A model generated the notes under the pieces. It was given only the letters and a program-made list of their open reading frames with translations. It was not told where the DNA came from and did not search any database. Made by a program: the position numbers and the translations under genes. Positions 51,903-64,000 of a stretch of DNA of 64,000 nucleotides are shown here, in pieces. The stretch comes from Octopus vulgaris (lineage: Eukaryota), in contig OX597834.1 of the NCBI GenBank assembly GCA_951406725.2, positions 9,920,001 through 9,984,000 on the forward strand. The letters run 5' to 3'. Each line of letters opens with the position of its first letter. The first letter of the stretch is position 1.

Positions 51903-52204
51903 TGTGGAGGCACATGACCTAGTGGTTAGAGCAGCGGACTTGCGGTCGAGGGATCGCGGATTCAAATCTCAGACCGAGCGATGTGTATGTTTATGAGCGA
52001 AACACCTAAGCTCCACACGACTCCGGTAGAAGGTGATGGCGAAATTCTGCTGACCCTTACGTCACGACTTTCTCTCACTCTTTCCTTCTGCATCTTGCAG
52101 CTCACCTGCGGCGGACCGTCGTCCCGTGCAGGTGGGGAAACTATACGCCAAGGAAACTGGGAAACCGGTCCTATGAGCCAAGCATTGCTTGAGAAGGAAC
52201 AAAC
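51903..52204 (+). mobile_element. tRNA-derived SINE: same head and body as 1-258, different tail
   Basis: ggaggcacatgacctagtggttagagcagcggacttgcggtcgagggatcgcggattcaaatctc; body gtttatgagcgaaacacctaagctccac; tail cctgcggcggaccgtcgtcccgtgcagg (V-domain-like, from recall). Confidence 0.8.
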
Positions 52205-52205
52205 A

Positions 52206-52253
<48 letters not shown>

Positions 52254-52698
52254 CGTGTGTATGTGTGTTTGAGTGAATGCGTGAGTATTTATCAGTGTAT
52301 GTTTATATATTTGTATGTGCGTGTGTGAGTGTATATCTATATATGTGCATATGAGTTTTATCTATGTGTGTATATTTATATACTTTATACATTGCTTACA
52401 TTTACTTTGATCTAAATCTTTGCTGCATTGCGAGGTCTTAGCTCAGGGTCTTCAATGTTTGCTGAAAATTATGATCCCCGCCCTCACACTCGAACCTCTG
52501 AAGTCATATGACTTCAGAAGAGAGCTGGTGTGATGTGTTCTTCAATTTTTATAAGACCTAAAATTCTGCATCCGATGTTCTTGACACTGTTAGTGTCTGT
52601 ATATCTGTTTGTGTGTATACATACGTGAACATCTGTGTTCGCAGGGATGTATGGATGAATTTTTGTGCGCATGCGTGAAACGATGCATCCTTATGTGC

Positions 52699-52908
52699 AC
52701 TTTTTACTCTTTTACTTGTTTCAGTTATTTGACTGTGGCCATGCTGGAGCACCGCCTTTAGTCCGAGCAAATCGACCCTAGGACTTATTCTTTGGAAGCC
52801 TAGTACTTATTCTATCGGTTCTCTTTGCGGAACCACTAAGTTACGGAGACGTAAACACACCAGCATCGGTTGTCAAGAGATGTTGGGGGGACAAACACAG
52901 TCACACAA

Positions 52909-52960
<52 letters not shown>

Positions 52961-53036
52961 GACGGGCTTCTTTCAGTTTCCGTCTACCGAATCCACTCAC
53001 AAGTCTTTGGTCAGCCGAGGCTTTAGTATAAAACAT
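52699..53036 (-). mobile_element. SINE family A, head missing
   Basis: Reverse complement of the family A body and tail. Confidence 0.88.
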
Positions 53037-54241
53037 ATACGTATTTATATATACAAAAAAATCTATGCTTGAATGTAATTATGGTGCAATGAATGGGTAC
53101 CTTCGTATTTGTACGTAGATGTGTGTGGGTGCATGCATTTGTGTACGTATGTATATGTGTGAATGAGTGTACACTTTCAGAAAATATCTTCGTAAAAAAA
53201 TGTTAATTCATAAAATACTGATATAGGCTAGGAATCTTATAAAACATGTATTAAAAACTTTTCCTGTCATCTCTTTGGCAGCATAAATCAGATAATCACA
53301 AGGCCTTCCATTTGAGGTGTCTATGATATTTATTGTTCGCCAACATCACATGACAATTTTATGTTATAGTATTCTAACTGAGGAGAAAAATTTATTTTGT
53401 CAGACGCTTTTACGACTGTTTTTCACATAAGCGTTTTGATGCTGTCTGAAAGTTAAGAAAGATGTTGGCGGGTATAATGCGTTGAAAGCAACTCTTTACA
53501 CAATTGCCGGTTTCGTCTAAATAAGACTTAATCTGGAATTTGAAAAGATACATCAGGGTAAAATTAACCGTGATGTAATAGTTATTTAAAGAATCCTAAA
53601 CTTGCTAAGAAGATTTGGCGATTCGTTGAATGAAAAAGAAGATAGTTGAAAATGGTGATAAATAACAACAACATTGAAATGGCATATATAAGGAGAGAAA
53701 TAAAAAGCATTGATGGTGTGAGTCTTACACAAATAATACGACAATGAAATGCGCCTGTACCATCTATATATGTATATATATATGAATATAAGAACTTAAT
53801 CTACTGAAAATAAAAACGCAAAATCTACGAATAAATATATATGTAAAAAAACGAAAATGAAATTAATACGTCAGTGAATGTTTATAGCCTTTGGTTAAAA
53901 ACAAAAGCCGATAATTGTTCAAGTAAATATTGCAATGTGATGCAGGGTTGAAACTAATAATTCTTATTGGCCAATAAACTGCTCTTCCGAGCTGAAAATC
54001 GATGGCTGGTGGTGATTATTACGGCAATAAGTTAGAACCTTTAGGCCAACAGGGTTGCCATTAGATGAAGCGAAACTACTGTAATAATATCAGCGACACC
54101 ATCATCAACGAATAACGTTTAACTCCTGGAAATAATGTATATAGGTAGCTACATACACACACGAATACATATATGCGTACATAGATACGTACATACATAC
54201 GTGTATACACATAGTAATACATACACACACACACACCTCCC

Positions 54242-54274
<33 letters not shown>

Positions 54275-55294
54275 ATACACACGCACATATATATATATAT
54301 ATCTATATGTGTGTATGTATATATATGTGTGTGTGTGTGTATATATATATATGTGTGTGTGTGCTGATGTATGTGTGTGTATATATATGTGTGTGTATAT
54401 GTGTGTGTGTGTGCTTGCAGATAAACATACATACACTACACATACAATCCTACGCACACGTGCAGACACACGCACAAGCACACACATGCACATATAAATA
54501 CACAGATGCCTGTGACTGTATATTAATAAGTGCGGATGATATTGTGAATGTTCGTATGTTAGTGTGTCTATTTAACGAGTTTATGTAATTACAGAAATAT
54601 TTGTATTCGCGTATGCTGAGGAGATGTATGTGTGATGTGAGCATCTCACATCAGTGTATCTATTCAGGTGTCTATTTATACATTTATGTCTTTAAATATA
54701 ATTTAATAGCAATTCTATTTACCATTAGCTATACAACAATTATTCAAATATTATCTGAATATTTCTTACAAACGATTTTTAATTTACAATTGGGGCCTTT
54801 TTTACGTAATGATTATGGTTGCGTCTATATATCCAACAGTCATATATTTCTACCATTACTGCAAATAAACTTGTTATTGGCAGAAAAAAAATACATTATA
54901 ACAATATACCAAAGAGTGAAATCAAATTGTCACCATCGTATTACTTATTATAATTTCTTAATGCTTATGTGTCTGCAATTTCTGTTCAATAGATGTCTTC
55001 ATAAATTATCTTTCGGTTTTATATTTTGTGCTATTCTCTTTTTCATTAGATACGCCGCATCTTTAAATGTATTTAATGTCCAACTCTATCATTCGAGTGA
55101 AAACTTATACTAATTGATATTTTATAAACTTTGAAGAGCAGAACAGAATTAAGACATTCATAGTTATCCTCTCAAAAGCAAGTATATACACACGCATACA
55201 CACACACACACATATATATGTATATGCATGTATGTATGTATATATTCAAACTGAGGCTACTTAGCTAGCTGGTCCTCTGGTGTTTTTTATATAT

Positions 55295-55700
55295 ATTCTT
55301 TTACTCCTTTATTTGTTTCAGTCATTTGACTGCGGCCATGCTGGAGCACCGCCTTTAGTAGAGCAACTCGACCCCGGGACTTATTCTTTGTAAGCCCAGT
55401 ACTTATTCTATCGGTCCTTTTTGCCGAACCGCTAAGTGACGGAGACATAAACACACCAGCATCGATTGTCAAGCAATGCTAGGGGGACAAACGCAGACAC
55501 ATAAACACACACACGCATATATATATGTACATATATACGACGGGCTTCTTTCAGTTTCCGTCTACCAAATCCACTCACAAGGCTTTGGTCGGCCCGAGGC
55601 TATAGTAGAAGACACTTGCCCAAGATGCCTCGCAGTGGGACTGAACCCGGAACCATGTGGTTGGTAAACAAGCTACTTGCCACACAGCCATTCCTGCGCC
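55295..55700 (-). mobile_element. SINE family A, full length
   Basis: Reverse complement of 4970-5386, ending ...cacacagccattcctgcgcc. Confidence 0.92.
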
Positions 55701-56265
55701 TGTGTATTTTTCTTTTTTTTTTTTCATTTGAATAAGATTACTCAATATTATTTGAGGCACATTCATGTGCTATTTTTAGCGGAGAAAGCAGCTTCTATGA
55801 AGGAAAGCATGTATATGGATATTGGAAATATGTACAAAATAATTCACAAGATTTCAATAATAATTGATTAACTGTTACAAAAGGTAATATACAAAATTAG
55901 CAAATATATAATTACACGTTTTGTATTAGCGATTTTATTTTTCAGTGAAATCTAAAATAGCTGCCGCTGATTTTTATTCTTCCGTCAGCGTAGTCGATGT
56001 TCGTTGTTATCAATAAGTTATATTTCGTAAACATAAAATCTTCCCAACAACTGTTTGCTTTCTGTTTCATAGGACAATATATTTTCTCATTACCGACAAA
56101 TATGTCTGACAATTCTTTTCGAACTGTTTGTTCTCAATATGATAAAGACGTTGCGAGAGAAAATAACGGAGCACAACAGTCTATGCGTTTATTTATATGT
56201 TTGTGGATGGCTTTAAAGATGATTATGATAATGCCTCACTATTCCCGATCTTTGTCCTACTCTGT

Positions 56266-56306
<41 letters not shown>

Positions 56307-56444
56307 TATTAGAAAAAAGTATTTTATCAATTCAAAATGAACAATTAAATTACAACATCTAGAATATTTCATATAATAGAAATATCAAAATTAAGAGAAC
56401 AATATTTTTCCCTGTAAGTTAGGAATAATATTCCCTCAAATAAT

Positions 56445-56483
<39 letters not shown>

Positions 56484-56484
<1 letters not shown>

Positions 56485-56890
56485 CATACATGTATATAGG
56501 TATGTATATATACATACATGTATATAGTATATAGGTATGTATATATACATACATGTATATAGGTATGTATATATACATACATGTATATAGGTATGTATAT
56601 ATACATACATGTATATAGGTATGTATGTATATATACATACATGTATATAGGTATGTATGTATATATACATACATGTATATAGGTATGTATGTATATATAC
56701 ATACATGTATATAGGTATGTATGTATATATACATACATGTATATAGGTATGTATGTATATATACATACATGTATATAGGTATGTATGTATATATACATAC
56801 ATGTATATAGGTATGTATGTATATATACATACATGTATATAAATATGTATGTATATATACATACATGTATATAAATATGTATGTATATAC
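56484..56890. repeat. 28/32-bp minisatellite, about 13 units
   Basis: acatacatgtatataggtatgt(atgt)atatat; tagg spacing is 28 bp and then 32 bp. Confidence 0.93.
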
Positions 56891-58479
56891 ATCAATGCCG
56901 AATGAGGAAAATGCATGCTCAGCACTGCATTGGTGGATATAATTTCCTTATTTGTGAATTAAAGCTACTGTTCATTTCATGTAAAGAAAGGTAGGAAAAT
57001 GTATGTGTGTATATGTGTGCAATATATACATAATCATATAGATAGATAGATAGATAGATATATACATACATACATACATACATACATACATGGGGACAGA
57101 GAGAGAGGGGGGAGAGAGAGTTGCTCCTCTAATATTCCTTGTCTATTTGATTCTAAGCTCTGATGTAACCGAGCAAGATCAGATTAACTTTTGCGTTTGC
57201 CATTATTAAGATTAATGTAAAATTTGGATATTCTAATCCTATACGTGTCTGTGTGTGTGTATATATGTGTTTGTATGTGTCTGTGTATTACGCAATACGT
57301 ATGTATGTATATATAAATATATGTGTTTGTGTGGATGTGTTCTTATATGCCCCTGTATGTATGTATGTAAGTATTTTATCACTGAGATAAAATGTCAATT
57401 TCATACAAATCGTTAATCACGAATTGAAATAGAAAAAAATCTTTATGATACACCTACACACAATTTTGTTTGAATATAAATACAAGACACAGTTTTTCAC
57501 AACACAAAATAATATGGCATTCTTGGAACAAACAAAGCAGTTTCGACCTGCCAAGCCAGTAGTCCTTCTCTCAATGCAATCCCTACCCGCTAAAATAAAA
57601 AGTACATTGATTACTCTGCCTCTACATGCACTATATCTAAAGTATATCTTATGCTCTCAAGTTCTAAAATCTTCAGAATTTATTTAAGTGATGGTATGAG
57701 CAATACACGCTAATAAGCCTTGCGAAGAGAAACTAAATGTTGAAGACATTTAACATCACTTTCCGAACGAGATTTTAATTTTTTTTTCTTCTCAATCCAT
57801 TACACCTACTATACTTATTCAAGTTTTCGATGACAGTAAGCAAATAAAAGGAATTTATTCTTGAATACAGTTGTCTATTATTATAGAATTTTTTTTTTTT
57901 ACAAAAGAGGATTTGGAGTTTTCGTTACACTGATATCTATCTATGAGAAACCATTCATATCTAAATGGTTATGAATACAACTATGAAACAATAGATACTG
58001 ATATAAAACTGGCTTCCGTCTTACTCTCCTAATCTTTCTTATTGTCTTTCATATACACAAATTCATTCTCACAAAATAAAACACGCAGATAAATACACAT
58101 CTACAACACAAAAGCTTAAACCTGTTTTCACATTCTTGTTCATTTCATGATCATTTTACATACTGTCGTTTGTGTACGTATGCAAGTAGCTTCTTGTATT
58201 ACAACAAGATTCAAATATAAGCAGGTCTTCTTTTCACACTACTAACAGGAAGAGCAATAACAAAAAATCGACTTACAAATGATTTGACTACAGAATTTGG
58301 AAAATATTCATATGTAACTATCTTTAATTTTTATAGATATTATTATTCCAACGCACTAAGATATATCTTGACATTTAGTTAACATAAATTTCATGACAAT
58401 GGTCCGTAGAAGGAATTAAACTTTTTTCACAACATTTATTAATCTTATTCGTTGAACCACAAAGTCGTTGATTTGAGAT

Positions 58480-58790
58480 CTTGACTGTGTAGTGGCCGTC
58501 CTGAAGAGTTCAGCCGAATAAATCATCTCCTGTATTTATGCCTGTTACTTATATTGTCGGTCTCTTCTACTGAATCTTTAAGTCGAAGGATCTAAACAAA
58601 CCAAAACCAGCTGCATTGTGATGGAAGGTGAAGAGAAACATACACAGACACACATATACAAGCACACGCACAAACACACACACACATATATTCAGTCGAA
58701 GATAGTTGCTCAAAATGCCACGCAATGGGACTCAACCCGACACCACATGTTTGCAAACCAAGATTCTTCACCACACACCCATCACTGAAC
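58480..58790 (-). mobile_element. SINE family A, heavily diverged
   Basis: gaagatagttgctcaaaatgccacgcaatgggactcaacccg...cttcaccacacacccat is the antisense head; internal (CA)n. Confidence 0.6.
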
Positions 58791-58850
58791 CTTTGGCCTT
58801 GCCTGTCGTTACAAGAGCTTCTATTCTTTTTGAAGAAAAAAAAAAATAAA

Positions 58851-59219
58851 GACTCAACAGAATTCGAACTCAGAACGTAGTTTCTTAAATATATGTCACA
58901 TAGCATTTTGTCAATGTGCTCTACTGTCTTTAACAAGTAGCTCTTTCTAAAATATAACATAAGGACTCAATAGGATTTGAACTCGGAACGTAGTTTCTTA
59001 AATATATGTCACATAGCATTTTGTCAATGTGCTCTACTGTCTTTAACAAGTAGCTCTTTCTAAAATATAACATAAGGACTCAATAGAATTCGAACTCAGA
59101 ACGTAGTTTCTTAAATATATGTCACATAGCATTTTGTCAATGTGCTCTACTGTCTTTAACAAGTAGCCCTTTCTAAAATATAACATAAGGACTCAATAGG
59201 ATTTGAACTCGGAACGTAA
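58851..59219. repeat. 113-bp tandem repeat, 3.3 copies
   Basis: gactcaa starts at 58851, 58964, 59077 and 59190. Confidence 0.95.
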
Positions 59220-60425
59220 TGTGTCAGAAACATATTACATTGCATTTTGCTCTACTGTTTCTGCCAAGTGCCTCATTTCAAGGGAAAAAGCGAAAAACAC
59301 AAAGTAATTGGAATAATGACAATAATTGATGCTAGTCTTGTTTTAGCTGATACTGATATTGATATTTTTAAAGTGAAACAATGAAGAAAAGAATAAAATC
59401 ACTTGACGACCATTATGAATCTGAAGTGAAGATGAACTATTGAAGAGTCGGTGAAATACGTTATTTATTTAGAAGAAAATTCTTTTTATAAAAAAAAAAT
59501 ATAATAATGTTGCTTCAATTTCTCAATGTGCTCATCCATTTTCTTCCAATTTTAATTCATATTTAACGGTTGAACATTATTTTCGTAACAAAAGCAAGCA
59601 AGAAAATTGCCTCCGGCATTAGAAAATTGAAAGGAGAAAAGTTCAAAAAATAAATATTTAAGCTGCTTCATTTTCTAATATCAACGTCCGGTTAGCAAAA
59701 TAATATGATTTCGTAAAATTTGGTCTCGGCTTAATGTATTGCTTCAAAGGAATTGATTTGGTATCTGCTAGCATTACTTGTAGAAATGTCGCGTTCATGT
59801 TCTGCTCCCGGCGAACCGAATATTTGATGCGGAGTCACTCTCTGATTGAACCATTTCTCATCATTTGAATCTCGTCCCAGCAATGTTCCACTCATAATCA
59901 ATAACGTGGATAACGATGGATGGAGATGAATGGCGACGGGTGGGGGTGGATGGCAATGGAGAAAGATGAAAGGAGATGGATAGAGGTGGATTAGAATCTG
60001 TTGCTTTTCTCTGATTACATGGAAACGACGTTTAAATTGGTAATGACTCAAAGATCCGTTAAGGATTTCAGCACATTATTTTTCGTTATTATTTTCTTCG
60101 TAACTAAATAAATATGTAGTCCATCTCCAAGCAATAAAATTTGCTGAAGTGTGAATAACATTTAAGGGGATCCTTTAATAACGTTTTCCAAAAATTCATT
60201 ACACTAACAAAACATTCAGTATATTCTATCCGTGGCCACCACACTTTTAGTATTTCCTGGAACGAGACTATGCAGAACGCGTTCTCAAACAGATCCATAT
60301 AACATTTGGAGGTTCATATATAATTTTAAAGTTAAATTTATGTACAATAAATTGCATAAACTTCTACAATACTCAAAATATTAAATTTTTTTATACAATT
60401 CCTACAAATATTTAACAATAAAATT

Positions 60426-61002
60426 AAGGCGGCAAGGTGGCACAATCGTTAGCGCGCCGGGCGAAATATTTAGCGGTATTTCGTCTGTCGTTACAGAGTT
60501 CAAATTCCGCCGAGGTCGACTTTGCCTTTCATCCTTTCGGGGTCGATAAATTAAGTACCAGTTACGCACTGGGGTCGATGTAATCGATTTAATACCTTTG
60601 CCTGTCCTTGTTTGTCCCCCTCTATGTTTAGCCCCTTGTGGGTAATAAAGAAATAGGTATTTTGGCTGCCGTTACGTTGTGAGTTCAAATTTCACCGAGG
60701 TCGACTTTGCCTTTCATCCTTTCGGGGTCGATAAATTAAGTACCAGTTACGCACTGGGGTCGATGTAATCGATTTAATACCTTTGCCTGTCCTTGTTTGT
60801 CCCCCTCTATGTGTAGCCCCTTATGGGTAATAAAGAAATAGATATTTCGTCTGTCGTTACAGAGTTCAAATTCCGCGGGAGTCAACTTGCCTTTCATCCT
60901 TTCCGGGTCGATTAAATAAGTACCAGATACGCACTGCAGTCGATGTAATCGACTTAATCCCTTACCCCAAGTTTGAGGTCTTGTGCTTCCATAGAAAAGA
61001 TT
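60426..61002 (+). mobile_element. SINE family B with three tandem units
   Basis: Head aaggcggcaaggtggcacaatcgttagcg; units start at 60477, 60658 and 60843. Confidence 0.92.
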
Positions 61003-62419
61003 TAATCATAATATCGCAGCATTATTATTATGCTTCTTTATTTTTTTGTATACACCGAAAGGCTGTGATAGTCTAGTGAATTAATATAGCAATCAAAGGA
61101 TTCCATAGGCAAAAAAAAATTGGTTGGGAACTACTGATTAGGAACGTTATACGATACTTTGATTTGAGGGAAATCGTCACATGAAGCTCGAGAGAAAATT
61201 ACGTTGATTCGCTTTGAGATAGATGTATGGAAGCTGATAGAGATCAAAACAAAATGAATAAATAAAATATGCTGCTGGGTAATCATGTCAATTCAACATT
61301 CCCAAAGTATCTTAATAGATTAAGGTTCAAGACATTCAATTTTATTGAAACTCCTGGCTGTACAAGTGCATGAATTAAACCCATGTCCCACACTCTCTAT
61401 TTATCTACCTATCTATCTCTCTCTCTCTTTCTATATATATATATATATAGAGAGAGAGGGGGATTTTATTGATAGGTTGAAGGATAGATAGATAAATACA
61501 TATATGTACACACATATATATATATATATATATGTGTGTGTGTATATATATGTATATCACTTCCACTCTCATACCCTCATACTTTTTCTGTCTCTCCCTC
61601 ACTGTCTCACCTCTCTCTGTTTCTTTGTTTCACTTCGAAAGTAGATATAGTGCAGGAAAAAGAAGACAAAAAAAAGGAGCAAAAATATATAAATTCTCAA
61701 GAAGACAAAGATAAAGCAGTAAATTTATGTGCAGCTATTTCGATATTTACTGGGAATTATGGTATCACAAAACACAACAGTTCTGAAAAGGGCTATGGAG
61801 AAAATATTTTAAAAAATGATAAATTCAGGTAGGATTCTGAAAGACAATTAAACCTCTCTCGCTGGGGACCTATAACTAGAAAAAAAATAAAGAAAAGAAC
61901 CGTAAATAAGAAAGACGAAGCAGATTTGGGTGTTGAAGTGAGTGCTTAAAATGACTTCACACAAGTAATTGAGGTAATAAGACACATAGATAAACGCCTC
62001 AATTCTAACTGAACGTGTAGGCCATAAAATTTATTGAATAAAGAAGATATGCGATTAAACTATAAACAAAACTTATTAAAATAACATATTCGTGTGAAGA
62101 AGTTCAATATAGCAGATATGAAGTTTTTATGAGATATTAATCCGGTAAAAATATGCACATAAAATTGATGTGTGTGTGTGTTTGTGTGTATCCGTGTGCG
62201 CATGTCCCTGTGTTTGTATATTTTCATGCGTGTGTATGTATGTGGGTGTGTAAAAAAAAAACTTTATCTTTTCTATATTAAAATTACAAAAATATATATA
62301 AAAATATACCAAAATGGAAGTCTGCGATTAAATTGAAAGTTAAATTTAGAGTGGCCACACACATGCGCGCACGGACACACACAGACTTAAATATACACAC
62401 ACATCTATCGTTTATCGTT

Positions 62420-62812
62420 TTATTTTACCTTGTACTTGCTTCGATCCTTGAACTGGGGTCATTCTGAGGCCATCCTGAGTCCATGCTTGGGACCCGCTTC
62501 AATGGTTTAATCGCAGAAATCCAGTAATCATTTTCAAACCTGATACTAATACTATCGTTTCTTTTACCGAATCACTATGTTATGGAGATGGAAACAAACC
62601 AACATCGGTTGTCAAGTGGGGGAGGGGAACAAATACATATAGAAAGGCACACACATAAATATACATATGTAATCATATAATTGTACGATGGATGTCTTTG
62701 AATTCGATTTCCCTCTATCAATTCCACTCACGTGGCTTTAGTCGGATCGAAGCTATAATAGAAGACATTTGCTCAATGTTCCCCACAGTGGGACTGAACC
62801 CGGAACGTTGTT
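62420..62812 (-). mobile_element. SINE family A, diverged
   Basis: accaacatcggttgtcaag...ttccactcac...ctataatagaagacatttgctcaa...cagtgggactgaacccggaac. Confidence 0.7.
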
Positions 62813-63890
62813 GTAAATATATGTGTGAGTGTACGTGTGTGTGTGTACGCACGTGTGTAGTACAAAAATGGAAGAGAAGACCAAAAAGTTCACATTTAAC
62901 CCATACTTAAATTGCGCTTAACAGCTGTTTCTTTCACGTAGACACTCCAAAACGCATAATTACGTAATTGTGATCCTTAAATCATTTACATTCTTCGTCT
63001 TCTTTTTCTTCTCCTTCTCCTTACCATCTCCACCATTCCGTGTCTACATCAAATATTTCCATTGCGTTTCAATTTATCCAAACAACAAGACATTTGGGAA
63101 TCTGGAATTGTTAGATTCTGAGACGAGAAAACATGTTGAAAGGCAGACAATAGAGTTAAATGAATTCGCAGAAAAATTCTTCTTCAGAAAAGGAGCTGTT
63201 GCTGGAACACTTCTGTTATAACTATATTTGTAAAGAAGGCAGGTGTTGGAGTTTTTGTGTTTGATATGGTTAGAAACTTTGAAAAATCCATACGCTCCAT
63301 ACACAGCGGAAAAGATGAATTACTCTATTTCAAAACTTGGCAATCTCCACACAGGAAAAAACAGCATAAACGAAGTTTGAAAAAAAAATATATAACAAAA
63401 TGTTTAAAAAACTATTTTGATTTTGTTTATAAAAACGAAAACATAAATTTTAAAATTTTAAGAAAAAAAGATTATAAACGTATCTTGAAAATTAAATCAA
63501 AACAGAAATTATTTACGCTCCATAGAATTGATTTGTGTGCAAATCTTCAACTTCAGATTGTATGTGCGATAAGGTTTGAGAATAAAATTAAGCTAACACC
63601 AGTTATGTACAAAATACAGCGTACCGTGGTAATGTATGCACACGTCAGTACACTTATACAAATTTACACAATAATAATTACGAGCATGAATAAACACCCA
63701 TGGACATATATATGCACACATATGAATATATGTACACACACACACACACACATATGAATATATGTACACACACACACATATATACACGTATGTGTCTCTC
63801 TCTCCCTCTCTCTATATATTTATATATATATATACACGTATGTGTATATGTGTCTATATATATATATATATATATACACGTATGTGTATA

Positions 63891-63927
<37 letters not shown>

Positions 63928-64000
63928 GTATGTGTATATGTGCCTATACATACATATACACAAATATAAACACCTATCTCTGCATCTCTTTAGACGGTGT

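Noticed and set aside
62970-63757. 83-aa and 166-aa ORFs
   Set aside because: Low-complexity, A-rich composition running into microsatellite, with no recognisable domain or splice structure.

Overview
AT-rich, repeat-dense eukaryotic non-coding DNA (intronic or intergenic). The tRNA-derived SINE families and very dense (TA)n/(CA)n/(GATA)n microsatellites look like a coleoid cephalopod, probably Octopus; this is from recall and not verified by a search. No protein-coding gene can be called with confidence. Nearly all listed ORFs are microsatellite or SINE artefacts, and only a few weak minus-strand exon candidates remain. Supported elements: many copies of two abundant SINE families (called A and B here), tRNA/CORE-type SINEs with swapped tails, an inverted pair of non-autonomous Helitrons, two RTE LINE 3' fragments, a decayed DD37D (maT) transposase, a mariner-derived MITE and several minisatellites. 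The best hidden signal is two minimal type I hammerhead ribozymes on opposite strands (38037-38089 minus, 38501-38543 plus) in a stack of Penelope-like termini inside (TA)n tracts, with decayed relatives near 11.1-11.3 kb. Also notable are the fixed-junction 184-bp tandem units of SINE family B and the (TA)n-centred fold-back palindromes.
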